The position numbers and the translations under genes were made by a program. This document shows positions 1 through 13,340 of a stretch of 64,000 bases of DNA, one piece after another. Source of the stretch: Camelus dromedarius (lineage: Eukaryota); the NCBI RefSeq assembly GCF_036321535.1, contig NC_087445.1, positions 9,240,001 to 9,304,000 of the forward strand. Reading direction: 5' to 3'. Under the pieces are notes generated by a model, which ran no database searches, was not told the origin of the DNA, and worked only from the letters and a program-made list of their open reading frames with translations. Each line of letters starts with the position of its first letter. Position 1 is the stretch's first letter.

Positions 1-2379
1 AATTCACAATTTCCCAATACCTCCCCTACATCTTACTATAATCTATGCTCTTAAATTATTTATGTTGATTCTCTTGTTTCTGTGAATTGGAAATACTCTG
101 TATTATGGTCTACAACTGCTTGTCTCTTCTCAATTCCATTTATGATGCTAGGCTGGTAGCTTGATCTGAGCCATGGGGGGAGGGTTTGTACCATGGAAAT
201 TATATTTGTTTCTATATGTGTTTGCATATATAAATTGTGGAATCTTCCAAAATGCGTACAATAGTTCCCCATGGACAGGAGATGGGAATAGGTTAGATGG
301 GGCTAGAGGTGGGAGTGAGTTATTTGACTTTACACCTTGGCCTGTGTTTTTTTTAAATTTTTGTTAACCATGTCAATAAAAAGCAGCAGTTTATAATATT
401 CAAGACCACTAGAAACTAAGACTTTGGAAGCAAACACTAATTCCCATAAGAAGCATGAATACGTACATTAGATAAGACCTACCAAATTCTAAATATTTTG
501 TCTAAGGAGAATATTATTTTAGGTTTGGGAGAGGAAAGCATTTTGTAAGTTCTTCAAATATCAGATAAAGAAATTACGGTAATCAAAATTAAAGTAATTC
601 CTTTGTTGTTGAAAATGTTGCCTACTGGAGTGCTTCCTTTGACATATTTTAGGCTGAAAAAGTATTCAACTCTCTTGTGATGAATCTGGCCAAATCTGAA
701 CTCTAATAGTGGACTGACGTAACTTTTCTTTCATGTTTTGAGTCATCACATGTTCTTTGACTTCAATTCAGATTACTTCAGTTTTTTATATTACATGGGT
801 TTGTAAAACACCATAGATTCCAGCTGAACATTGACATTCATGGAACAAACCTCCTTGCATTGTATTACTCTGAATAAAGTCAAATATTTAATAGGAAACC
901 CAGTTGCGAAGTCATGTATCTCCTCATATGAAATTAAACAGCTCTGGAGGGACCAACTTGACCCCCGGTACTTGGAGCTCTCCTTTCCCCATTGCTTCAT
1001 TTGCAATCTAATGTTAAAATTTTAACGTAAGAAAAATAACAGAATCGTGAACCATTTAGTAGTTCTTTTTATCAATACTTTGTACAGAAAATAGAAAGTG
1101 AAATAGTGAGTCAAGCAGAATTTACTCCCTGAAACCCATTTGTATTTATCTATTTATTGTATTCCCTACTCAGCAGAGAGAATTTTGAGTAAAATAAGTC
1201 TCATATTGCCATTTTTTATTTTATCTTAATTCTAGGAGCTAGAACATACTCAACAATTTTTTGGGTGTTGTTCAGAAATCAGAATTCAACAGCCTGTGGG
1301 GGCCTAATTAGAACTAATGTTGAATTCTTTCAACTTCCTTGGCTGTATATAAGCTGATCTTCAAGCTCCAGGGTGTAATTCATATTTTTTCTTGAGCTAC
1401 ACATCTAATACTTCAGAAGATCAAGCCTTACTCTCAGTCTAAGGAGTGGCAGCCAGGATGCTTGACCAAAATCAAAAGATTGGTGGAGAGACTAAAAGAA
1501 ACACACACACAATACATATATATAATATAATAATATATATTATGTATATATATTTCTTGTTTTTGATTTATGGTTAGATCAGGGCCTTTGGGGGCTGCAT
1601 TTATAGTTGTCTTAAGGCCCACAGATTTGAGACTGGTTATTGATTTAACTTATATGGATTTTCCTTTTCTTATCAGCTTTTGCATTTTCAGAGAGCAGAT
1701 CAAGTTTGTCATCTTGAGTTCCACATTCATTATATTGAAACATTCATCTCTGCTTAGAAATTTAGAATGCCTTTCCATTCTTCCAACAAGTCAACATGAT
1801 ATTAATAGCATAGCTAGTGTATTTCCTACATATACTACTGATGAGGGGCTAGAAGGAAACCTTACGAAAATGAGAAATAAAGCTTGCAGCGTTTTGTAGA
1901 TTGGTGTCACCCATTCATCATCTTTCAAATATGCTCAAAAGAAGCAGATCAGCCATTGTCACATGGCTGAGGGCCAGGAAATTGACTCATTCATTTAGCA
2001 AACGTTTTTACATGCATATCATTATGACACTTGTGAATATAAGAGTTCAAGATGAAGTCATTCTTATATGAAATTTATTTAGCTTTTTCTTTTTCAGAAA
2101 ACAGAATTTGAAAAGTTTTTTTTCCCAATGAGAATTTCCTTGCAGTCTTCTCAAAGCGTGTGAGTTTCTGCCCTCATGGCCTTCATGCAATGGAGCTTGA
2201 AGATGTCTGCTTTGCTCCTTGTGTTGGCTTCTAAGTCGTAGTTCATGGTTTCTCTTTCAGAAACCCTATTTTTAATGGATACATTAGATTTCTGTATTTG
2301 CTGCCCATCTTTGTTGCAATAGTTACTGACCTCACAGTTACATGCCCTCTCGTTTGAATACTTTAACTCTTTAAGTACT

Positions 2380-4112
2380 CTCTTCCTCTTCCTGATACCC
2401 CTGCTGGTGGCTCTCATAACACCATATACTATGCATGCCTCGTATATTGACCTTGACCACCTCACAGCCAAGAACCCTCCCTCCCATTTAATCCGCTGCT
2501 TTTATAGCTTTAAACCACTTCTCACAAACACCAATTCCACATATGAAGCCTTGATTTTTAAACATCTCACTTCCTGACCATTATCTCCTCCTTCAGGGTG
2601 TTGTAAACAGATGTAGAAAATCTTTCTCCAGTGAAGTAACAGTTCCCAGCCCAAGTCTCCCATCTGTGCAGAGCCTCTCTCTTTTTACTATATGTACTTT
2701 GCCTCTGCAATTACCTTCTTTTTGACCTGTATCAGAAATATTTACTCTCTCGTGGTTAATTACCATCACAATAAAAATGCATTGTCTCCCACAATAAAGC
2801 TAAGGATTGTCTTGCCTTCATGTTCTCCTCTAGCTACTGCTTAATTCTCTGCCAACTTCACATGACAGTTCCCCCCAAATAGTGTCTACACTAAATGTGT
2901 CTGCTTCCCACATTTCAGTCTCTCTGGCTCAATCTAATAAGCTATCATTTTTGTCACTGAAACTAATATGACCAAAGTTATCAAAAACCTCCCACTTGAC
3001 AACTTCAAAAGTCAATCTCATTTTTTTTTTAAATCTTATTTTTTTTTTTAGCAGAATCTCCCTCTTAACTCTTTTCCTTTGGATTTCGGGTTCCCACACT
3101 CTTTATATTTTTATCTTACCTCAAGGCCACTCCTTCTTAATCTCTTTTTCTGGACTTTCTTCTCCAAAACATTTGGGATATTGGTGGGAACATTCCTCTG
3201 CCCTCTTCTCTATCTACATCATTCATTAGATGATTTCATCAAGGATGGGATTTTGAAAAATCGCAAAATTTAGACCTGGGGTGCTTTCTTCTCAAATGAG
3301 CTCCAAATCCATGTGAGTGCCTTTTAAGCGCCTGTACTTGTACATCTCATAGAATCATCCTTGGTCTTTTTCTTTTTTCCCCAACTCACATCTACCTCAT
3401 CAGTAGGTCATGCTTTCATTACCTACAGGAAATTTCTCAAAGACAGTGGCTATAAGCCTACTTCACGTCATCATCATCATCAGTTTCCTGTAATACTGCA
3501 ATGTCTTCCTGGTTGATTTCCCAGCCTCCACTTCTACCTTCATTCTGCCTTTTACCCCCATCCATCTAGACAGAGAATGTCAAAGTGAGTCTGATGATCC
3601 TGTTTCCTTGCTGAAGCTGGAAGACCCTTACCACAACCTGGGGGAACAGCCATGCCTAGCTATGTGCGGATGTCATGCCCTAATCTCGTCCTTTGTGCTC
3701 ATTCTGCTGTAGCCACATTGGCCTTCTTGCTATTCTGAAGCCTGCCAGCTAGTTCTTGTCTTAATGTCTTTGCTGTTGTGGGTTCTGTTGTCACAAGTGT
3801 TCCCACAGGTCTGTAGCCATTGGTGTCCTCAAATGTCACCTCCATACATAGGTGTTTCCTAGTCACCTTGTGTAAACTTGTTACTCTGCGCTGTCCCACT
3901 AGCCTTCATTTTCTCATAGAATGTATCACCAGAGGAAATTATATTAACAATTCATTGATCTAATTTCTAAATTATCTTTCCTCCTCCCACCACTTGCAGT
4001 TTAAATTCCATAATAGTAGGTCCTGATTTTTTTCACGTCTCTTTTCCCAGATTCTGGGACAGAGCTACATACATAAAAAGTGCTTGATAAACATTTGATG
4101 CCTAAATAAATC
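2380..4112 (+). mobile_element. L2 LINE fragments running to the 3' end
   Basis: Pyrimidine-rich L2-like text (ctcaaatgtcacctcc, tttcctagtcacc) ending in the L2 tail gtgcttgataaacatttgatgcctaaataaat. Confidence 0.65.
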
Positions 4113-5848
4113 CTTATCCAAAATTCACCCAATTATCTGATCCAAGGTGAGTTGAGTAAGTGTTGAGAAGGAAGCCTTTGAAAACAGCAAGTGAAAACTC
4201 CCAACTTTTCTTGGTTTTCTATGTTTCTGTATGTAGAGCAGAGTTTATTAATTCTTTTCATTCTCGAAACCAGGTACACATTTTTTAAAAATCTACAGCA
4301 AGTCACCAAATGCAAAGAAGCATTACTGATAAACATCAGTCTCTAATAATTATTTCTTCAAGTATGGAATTACAGTATTTGAGTATAGAGTTGGTCTTTC
4401 CCAGAATGCCTTTCTCCATCAAAATGGACATTCTTTTCCTACTTTATAGGAAACTATCAATTATAATTTGTGATACTACTTAAATCATTCACCTTTTAAA
4501 ATATGTTAGAATTTAGATTGGCTGTGGATACTTATATCTAATAAATCATTTATTAACTTGCTAAACCTTACCTACTTGCCTAATTTGATTAACTTATTTT
4601 AAAATACTAATACATTCATTCTAACAAGGCAACATGTCTATGTGGTAATGCCCTTGCTGAAAGAAAATACTTCTAATCTCTGAAAGCAGAGGCTCTGTTT
4701 GTGTCTCTGAATCTACTGGTCACAGTAAAATTGTCTTAGTGATTCAAAATAAGCATCTCAAGTAAGACCCTTCTACTTTCCATGTATGCTTAAATTTAAA
4801 CTTGCCAATTTGTAAAATTATTACCACCTCCTGGATTTCCCATGGTTCTAATGATAAGTGGACTAGCTCCCCTTGGCAAGAAAGAAATTGAGTTCTATTT
4901 GGGGAAAGTCAATGGGTTGACCTCCATCACAGGGTGTGTGTCAGTGTTAGTCCTCTGTGTATTCAGAATTATTCCTCATCTGTAAATCAGCCTCCTGAGG
5001 GAATATTAAAGCACCAAAGTGGTTTAAAAGAAAATTGGTTCATTATTTCTATGACAAAGTTATTTTCTCGCTAAGGAGCTCTGTGTAGTTTAGGTCAATA
5101 AACTCTTACTTGAGTAAGTTCTGCGTAACAAGAATGGGGTTACACGCTGTGAAACAAAGAAAAAGAAAGGTCTCCTGCTTATAAGGAACATAAAATCTAG
5201 AAAGTGGTGTCAGTGTCAGACATGGAAACATGCAGATTGAGTTCAATGTGATGATTTATGATTCATAAGATAAAACATTTTACCATATAATAGATTTTTC
5301 TGCTCAAATCTCTGTAGAGCCTTGGAGTAACATAATGAGGACAAGTAGTAATCCAGGTAGCAGCGACTTGAGAGATTTTATCTTCCTCGTGAAATTATTC
5401 AGGGACAGAGATAAGGATGCCTTCAAACTTTCCTTAAAATCATTCACAAAAATTTTACAGATGAGCCCCTGACAACATGTATTTTGCAATATTATCGTAC
5501 AGATTATTTTGAAATGGTTATTTTTAACAAATATTATTTATTAAAATTGTTTATTTTTGAACATTTTTTAATTGAGTTATGGTCATTTTGTTTTTGTTAT
5601 TGCAAAGATTGCTTGTCAAAATGAATACAGAAACCAGTGGAAGTGTTTACTATGGTTTCTTCCCAGGGCATGGGGATCGGTGTAATTCACATTCTTACCT
5701 TCATCTTGCTAACTCTTGACATGCAATGTCAACAGCTCCATCAGGCAACATAGCCCCCAAATCCTTCTGGCCCTGACGGCGTTAGGGACTATAGGTTAGG
5801 CAGAGACTGGTGATGGAAAGAGAACTTGTGATGCTTTACAGTACATTT

Positions 5849-5850
<2 letters not shown>

Positions 5851-5903
<53 letters not shown>
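5851..5903. repeat. (TG)26 microsatellite
   Basis: Perfect dinucleotide run. Confidence 0.98.
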
Positions 5904-5905
<2 letters not shown>

Positions 5906-6804
5906 TGCATCATCTACTAAAAATATGATGTAAACCACCAGATATATAACTTCTCTATTTCTCAGTTATAAATATTTCTCAGTTAAATATAATTTAAAAT
6001 ATCTACCTCATAGTGTTAGAATGAGGATAAAATCAGACAACATGCGTAGGACCCAACTCGTTCATGGTGGATGTCATTAGCCTGCCCTTCCCCCCTTGGT
6101 TGTATCCCATACTTCGGGTGCAAGCACATGCTCGCTGTTTGGGAGTAAACAATGACATGTGAAATAAGCTGGCGTACTTGCAAAACCAAATCTGCACTCT
6201 CAAGCAGATAGTGATACAATCCAAGTGAAAAGAAATGCCCTGCTTTCCACTGGAAAATATAATTTACTCTATTATAAATTATAGGACATCATCTTTTAAC
6301 ACTCTTCCTCTTTTGGTTAATTTTTCTTTATATTTAAGAGCAACACTGAATTCACTTTAAATTATTGCCATTAATACATGGTAAAAAAAAAATCACCTTA
6401 CTTGGCACTTGGAGCAGACTTAGGATCTATCATTAAAAGACAAAACTCTGGCTTGGAAGTGTTGGTTCTGAATTTGAGTGTCATCTTGGCCTCTCAGTTT
6501 ATATTTTCTGGACTTTGATCATTTATCTTTTATGCGTTTGATATCTATAGCATTGAGTTTCATCTTTATTTTTCACTTTCAAGCATTTTACTTTGTTACA
6601 GAGAGATTTAAACTTCCTAGATGTAGTAGTATTTTTGTCCCAAGTGTTTCTCTAATTTTATTTAATTTATGAATTGTGGACATGAGTGAAACTGGCATGA
6701 AAACATAATACAATAAAAAAAGCATTTGATATAAACTTCAAGCAAAGCCAATTAATGCTGGTACTATATTTGCTCATCAGCTTTTAATTATTATTTTCTG
6801 TATG

Positions 6805-7030
6805 GAGATAGTGTATAAAAATATCCTGACCGAAAAAAAAAAAAAAAAGAAAGACCTGGTTTTAAATTCTGATAAAGCTACTTTTAAATTGAGGTAGAGT
6901 TACTTTATGATCCTGGTTGTTTTGTTTTTGATTTCTTCTTGTACGTTCTGAACTTTAGCTTCCTCATCTGTAGCCAGGAATACATACATCATAGATCATT
7001 GTGAAGATTTGATAAAGACATATTTATGAT
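6805..7030 (+). mobile_element. MIR fragment
   Basis: gaaagacctggttttaaattctg..tctgaactttagcttcctcatctgt..ttgtgaagatt. Confidence 0.55.
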
Positions 7031-7599
7031 TACTAGCCCATATCTTATAATGGTAAGTATTCCACTGTATATTTTCATGACTTAAAACTATTACTTAGAA
7101 AAAGAAAAACCAGTACAAAATCATAATTTAAATAAGTTTTCTATCTCTATACAAGTATTACATAGTGATATGTATAAAACACAACATATTGACTGCTTGG
7201 CTATCCTAAAGGTAGTAGAAGACGGTCTTATGGTTCTGTTATGGAGCTATGTATTAAAAACAGAAATATGGACAAAAGATAAATAAAAATCTAATTATAA
7301 GCAATAATGAATATTGACCATTTTTATTCCACCCATCTACCCAGCCAGCCTAGCATGGAACCGTGCATTAGTCATTCAGATAATGCCTTACTGGGCGGCT
7401 GTCCCATTTGAAATTACAACTAAGTAGGGTACACTAATCTATAGATTCTGATCACAAAGTACGTCCACTAAGGCTCTTTTTTTGCCCAGTTTTATCCCTT
7501 TACTGAACTTGCTTCAGAATTCTCTTTATATTCTGTCTAACGCTCATCTTGCTTTTGTCCTTGTCTGCTGTGGCCAGTTCTTGCACCTCCAGTGATTTT

Positions 7600-8005
7600 G
7601 GGAAATAACCTCCAGAAAGCCACACAGCTCTGAGAACACTGTGAGATGGGCTGAACAGAGGCCAGCCCTGGCTCCTGTCCCTTGCGTGGCCACTAGACAG
7701 GTCAACATGAACAAGCACATGTCCTTGGGAGTAGAGTCTGGGTTGCTAGCTGCGGCACCAGCCACGGGCACCAGAGGCACCAGGAGTAGTGTGGGCTGCC
7801 ATGCTGGTGGCTGTGGCCAAGAGGAGGGCTGGGGACGGCAGCGTCACAAAGCAGCAGCTTCTGTTTTCACCTAGTCTTTCCCTGGTGAGCTTCCGTTTTT
7901 GGCCAATTGCAGAGTAAAAGCTAACTCTTGGTTTTTGCCACCAGTTCCTTTCACAGAGGGACTGGCCTTGGGGTGCCATACTGCACCATTTTTGGTGATG
8001 CCACA
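7600..8005 (+). mobile_element. Possible ancient LTR remnant
   Basis: GC-rich patch with agtaaaagctaactctt (polyA-signal-like) about 90 bp before a ..ccaca end. Family not recognised. Confidence 0.3.
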
Positions 8006-11000
8006 CTCCTGAGTTTTCTTTTAAGCAGCCAACACAGAGTAGCAGAGGGGGTTGAAGGGCTGTGTTTCCTGTCTTGTCCTAGGAGAAAATAAACATACAA
8101 ACACACAGCTGTTCCCACGTCGTCCATGAATGAACACTTCTGACCCACACCCTCACCCATTCCTCTTTCTTTTTTCCAAAGAAAAGCTTTGTCTATGGCG
8201 ATGGTACAAATGGTTTCTGTCTTCCTGCCCTAAGCTCCATTTTCCATCCGTGCAGGCTGAACACACACAAGAGGGAAGACATCGTCCTCCCCTCCCCTGA
8301 GTCTCCATGCTACTTCTCGTTGGGACTGAGGTCTGTGTTCTTGATTACTGGAGCATGGCTGGCATAAACCATAAGCCTTTTCCGTTAAGCGCTCAGCACT
8401 TTAGATGGCTGGGTAATTACCTCTTTCAGGTGATGTATTGAAACACTCTGCCATGAAGAATGGAGGCAATATTAAGAAATGCAACTGTAATCATAGATTT
8501 AATTTTTTTAATTCAGTTTGTAAAATACTAAAGCTAATATGTTTATTGATCTTTTACGATTCTGTGTCGATACATGTGTGCATGTTCCTCCATTAGCACA
8601 AGCCCTATCAGTGGTTGAAAACAAGATCAGTTATTCACCACAAATGATGCTTTGTCTGGAAAGCGATGAGAAATTGAGTGGGACGTATATTTAGCAAGCA
8701 GAGCAAATGGAGTGATATGTATATAGATCAAAATGTAGCCATTAATGAAGGAAACATCTGTGAGCTCAAGCTTTTACTTGACAAGATAAAACCACTTTGT
8801 CTGTGGCTGTTCCCCATCATCATGTGGTTATTTATTTGGTTGGTACGATATTCCGGGGCCTTGGTACCTAACAGCCGCCTTGGTTGTTGGCATTCGCCTA
8901 CCTACAAGTAGCACAGGGTTAAACAGTCTACAAAAGCTGTCTGTTAATCCCTAATTTTTGTGCTGAGTTGTGCTTTTCCTCTTGGAATGTAGGCCAGCAA
9001 CTTGTATGTGAGATACAGATGAACAGTGTGTGATAATATAGCTGTAAATTTCTAGTGGTAGCATTTGCGGATGGTATTAGGCTAACAGCTTCTAATTTTC
9101 TTCCTCTTATATTATTTCAAACTCTATCTGAGATCAAGAGAATATGGATATCTTATTTTAAGGGAGAAAGGGAGAAAGTTGTTTGTCTTAAAATCATTGA
9201 TCATCCACTCATATCCAGCTAGCATTTGATGGGTTTTTCATACAGAAGTTCTGAGCATGGTTTTGAATTGAAAGGATCCACAGAAAACTCAGAAAGAGAA
9301 ACAACATAATGGCCAATTTTTTTTTTTTTTAAGCTACAGATAGGGAATCACTACCATGAGCAGTTGGGAAGTGCTCTCGCTAAAGTTTTGAAAGCTATGT
9401 GAAGTGCAGAGACAAAATTTAGAGAGAACTGAGGGAGTGTATGAGAGGGTTATTGTCTGAGTTTCCAGGTAACACAGTTACTACTGGAGGTGATGCTGGC
9501 ACAGAGAGACCATGGCCAGGAGCAGAAAGGAGCTGGAGCACTGAGGGGAGGAGTCACTGCCAAAGTGAGGTGCACTGCAGGAGCCCCAGAGACGCTACTG
9601 ACACATTAAGTCCAGGCCTGTGTGTGACCTCGGGTCTGCTGTGTTTCCTCGGTGGAGCTACACAAATCAGGGGAGTTGAGTGCATTTGAAAAATGGATAA
9701 TGGTAAACTCTACATCCTCTGACTTCTAGAAAAGTATGCTAGGGAAAAAATATCTGGATGATGAATAAAAGGACAAGGAAAGGGGAAACAAATGAGTACT
9801 TAGCTCCAGTCAACAGAAGCAGCCCTACACTTAGTAGAAAAGAAAAGAGACTGAATTAAGGAGTTTATAAAATTTAGAAACACAACTGAGTTTTCTAGAC
9901 AGAGGTGTGGGTAAAACAGTAGAAAAATGGAAAATGGGGGGACAGTGCATTTTGGGCAGTAAAAATGTTTCTGCTGTCATTGAAGTTAGCCAGAGTACCC
10001 AATTCTGGAATAACTGAAGATTTTAAGGAAACTTGCTTTTTTCTGGAGTGGGGGGGTGAGGCACATAGCAGAGGTGTCTGTCCTCACTGGAACCCCAGGG
10101 AAGCCATCTTCAAAATGTTTAATAAAGAAGCTTCAGTTGAGGATTCTATGATGGGTAATTCTCTACCAGAAGGAAATGCCAGCACAATAAGAAAACCACA
10201 CCAAAGCCTTTCTGAGTTTTAAAATATTTCAAGACAAGTGGCAGATGATAGCAAAACTCAAAGTCAAAAGCACACCTCCCCATATTCTGCTCATTAGAGA
10301 GAGGAGACGGCGTCAGGGAAAGCCCTCTTTTCATGCAGAATTGGAATGTCCACAAAAGGGTTCAAACGAGGAAGATGAAGGAAGAGATTTTAAATAGGTG
10401 GCATGAGGAAGATTCTACCTATAAGCAGTTGAAATTGCAATTTTCTAGAATTTTCTGAGAAGAGAGAAATGTGTTGGATGTTACTTTCTATGAAAGAAGG
10501 CAGAAAGCACAGACAGATTTTCTCTCAGATATGTTAATCTTGGCACCATAACCAACCACTTGACAGGGGAGGACATCTCACAATTGTGTTAGGTTCATTG
10601 GATTTTGATGAATGCACTAGACTAAAATCCTGGTGAGGCTAATTGCAAGGAAATATTTTTTTTCTCTCCCAAGGTTTCTTTGCTTCTCTTTATCCCTTAG
10701 AAACTTCTGACCCTCTTACTTTTTCTTTCATTTTTCAACAAGAGTAAGCAATGTGATTCTGGATTACACTATGTACTATGAAATGGAAGCACTGCTTTTT
10801 CCTAGGGTAAGTGTTGTATGTAGGTCCTGGGGGTTTTCTTGCAAACTTATAATTTTGTGAGCTCTAATAATCCTATATGCATGATCACCTTTTTGGCCTC
10901 TTGAAACTATGAACATGTTAAAGATTCTGAGTTAACTCTCAAAATCTCAAACCAAAAATGATCAACAAAGCTGGTGATTAACCTTGATTCCATTCAAGTA

Positions 11001-12829
11001 TCTGACTGAGAGCTAATGGCCAAGATTGATTAGAATTAGGAAAATGGGTTGAAACGAAACACATTTATTTGTTGTAGTTTTATTTTACAAGAAAAGGCTA
11101 ATTATTATTGGACTTCAGTGTCTCCCTAGATATTTGATTTTAAAAAGGGGGATTCTATTGACTACATTCTATCAGGCTTACATCGCTGATTTTTGCCATT
11201 ATGTAATGGCTGGGGAGCTGTATTGGACAATTTGGCTGGACATCATCTGAAATGAGTAATAGAAGAGGAATTGAAGCTCCAGGCCACAGGGAAGCTTGGC
11301 CTTAAAGTTTATTTAATTGATACAATAGATCAGACCTTTCTAGGGCAAGAACTGTCCTGCTCAACAGTGGTTTCTGGAAGATGCGTGAAGGAACTGTGGT
11401 TGGCTTTGGGAGTAGTCTCATGAAAACGAGAGCACACTTGCATTAAATATTTCTGCTCTCTTCTTCCAAGGGAGTAACTTCAAGGTCCACAGCAGCCTGA
11501 ACTGCTAAGCCTGATGGGTTGAGAAGACCAAAGCTGAGCAGTGTTAAGAATGCCGTTCTCTTGTCTTCCTAATTCTGGGAAGAGTTATCTGCTTTGTAGG
11601 GAAAATATTAGAGTTATATTTCCGATCCTTTTCTTTATCTCACATCATTAGATGCATTCACACTGATCTGATCAATAATATTGGCAACAAGGCCTATGAA
11701 TATAAAATAGAAATTCTTTACTTCTGTTTGTAGGATAGGCTACCTGCAGGATACAGACACTCTCCTCCGTCTTCCTCGGGCTTCCACAATACACACAGTT
11801 CGCGTGGGATGGGTTTCCATACGCAGCTTAAGGTACCAAACTATAGCTGATTCACTACTAGGGAAAGTACAGGGTAATGGAGCGATTCTGGCCACTGACT
11901 GGGTTAGGGTCAGCTGGAAGACTCTAGCCCCAACTGGCACCTGGGATGTGAGGAGGCAGGATATAATAAACTGAAATCTAGCTGTGGTCACGCAGTCAAA
12001 CACATTTTCAGGAAGAAAGCTGATAATCAGCCTCCATCTGTTTGATTCTTTTGTGTGTTTCCCAAATCCTCTGTAACTGGAAACGTGAAAAAACGCTATT
12101 TGTGGTTATAGATACATGTATACTTCTATTTTTACTATCCACTATTCTTAAGTCACCCTCGATACGAATGGTCTCCCACATTCCTCAATGAAACATAAGG
12201 CAGACTGCGTAGCTTTTCTGTTCAGTTGTTATGTGTTTGACACGCCTAAGATCACTTTGACTCACCGAGTATTTATGAACTAGAACTGAGTGTAGTACAG
12301 CAGTTTGAATGTTCAACATTACGTATATTTTAAAGTCACGGCATACCTTTTATCTCAGTCATTACTTTCATATGTTTCTGCAAGGACCTACCTGGCTTTT
12401 AAAATCATCATTATACTGTCCGTGTGATGCTTTGAGGTTTAAGGATGTAGAACTCAGAATTCTTCAAATTAGCATCTTAACCCAGGTTAGATAAACCTAC
12501 AGAGGGGAAAAAAGAGAGTTAACCAGGATGCAGTCGCTACAAGCACAGGACCGAAACCCCTGTGCTCCTGATAAACCAAGCGGTAGACTTGAAAGCATGG
12601 GGTGCCAGAGTAATCCATCATTTTCACTCAAGATCCAAGCATTTCAGTACCACCTCACAAATACTGCCACACGGGTGTGCCAGCATAATTGTTATTTATA
12701 TTTTGTAAATTAAGTCATTTTAATCTAAATAAACTGATCGATAAAGGACAGTTTATCTTGATGCCCTAGTGAAAAATAAGTCTTTTTTTTTTTTTTTTTG
12801 CATTTTATAGCTTTTGTCTGTCTGCCATG

Positions 12830-13340
12830 TATAACCCCTTCTTGTTTTGAGGGATTTCCTCTCACTGTGGGTCTTGGTGGTAGACAGGATACACCTTGTG
12901 CCACAGGAATCGGAAGCGCTTTCCCAGCCCTCAAGCGTCTTGCTGGTTGAAGCACCGGAACTGGGCTTCTAATCTGGCGCTGATTCCCTCCAGGAGACCT
13001 CACCGTGTGCGAGGCAGTGGCGAGAGCGGCCGCCGGTCTCTAGGAGCAGCATGGGAGGCCGCACACATGAGGAGCTGGGGTTTGAGTCCAGGTGGCAGTG
13101 GTGTCCTCTGGGGGAGCTGGTTCAACAGCTACAGCAGCTGAAACAGAATCCTCGTGGTACTTGTTCTCTGATGTGGCTCTGTTGGTGATTCTGGCTGGCT
13201 CGCTTACCTGTATGCCTCATACTTCTTTTTTTTTTTTTTTCTCATGTGTTTTCCCCAAAATTCTAATAATCCATTAATTTTCCCAGTTATTTTTGGTAAA
13301 ATATTTTCTTACATCAATCAACCACAGTACATTTTTTTTT
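12830..13340 (+). mobile_element. Possible ancient ERVL-type LTR remnant
   Basis: GC-rich body (ggcagtggtgtcctc..tgtggctctgttggtgattctggctg) and a U5-like end (tcaatcaaccacagt). Family not recognised. Confidence 0.35.

Noticed and set aside
7700..7725. p53-like half sites (gaacaagcac, gcacatgtcc)
   Set aside because: They overlap and contain mismatches, so they do not form a canonical response element.
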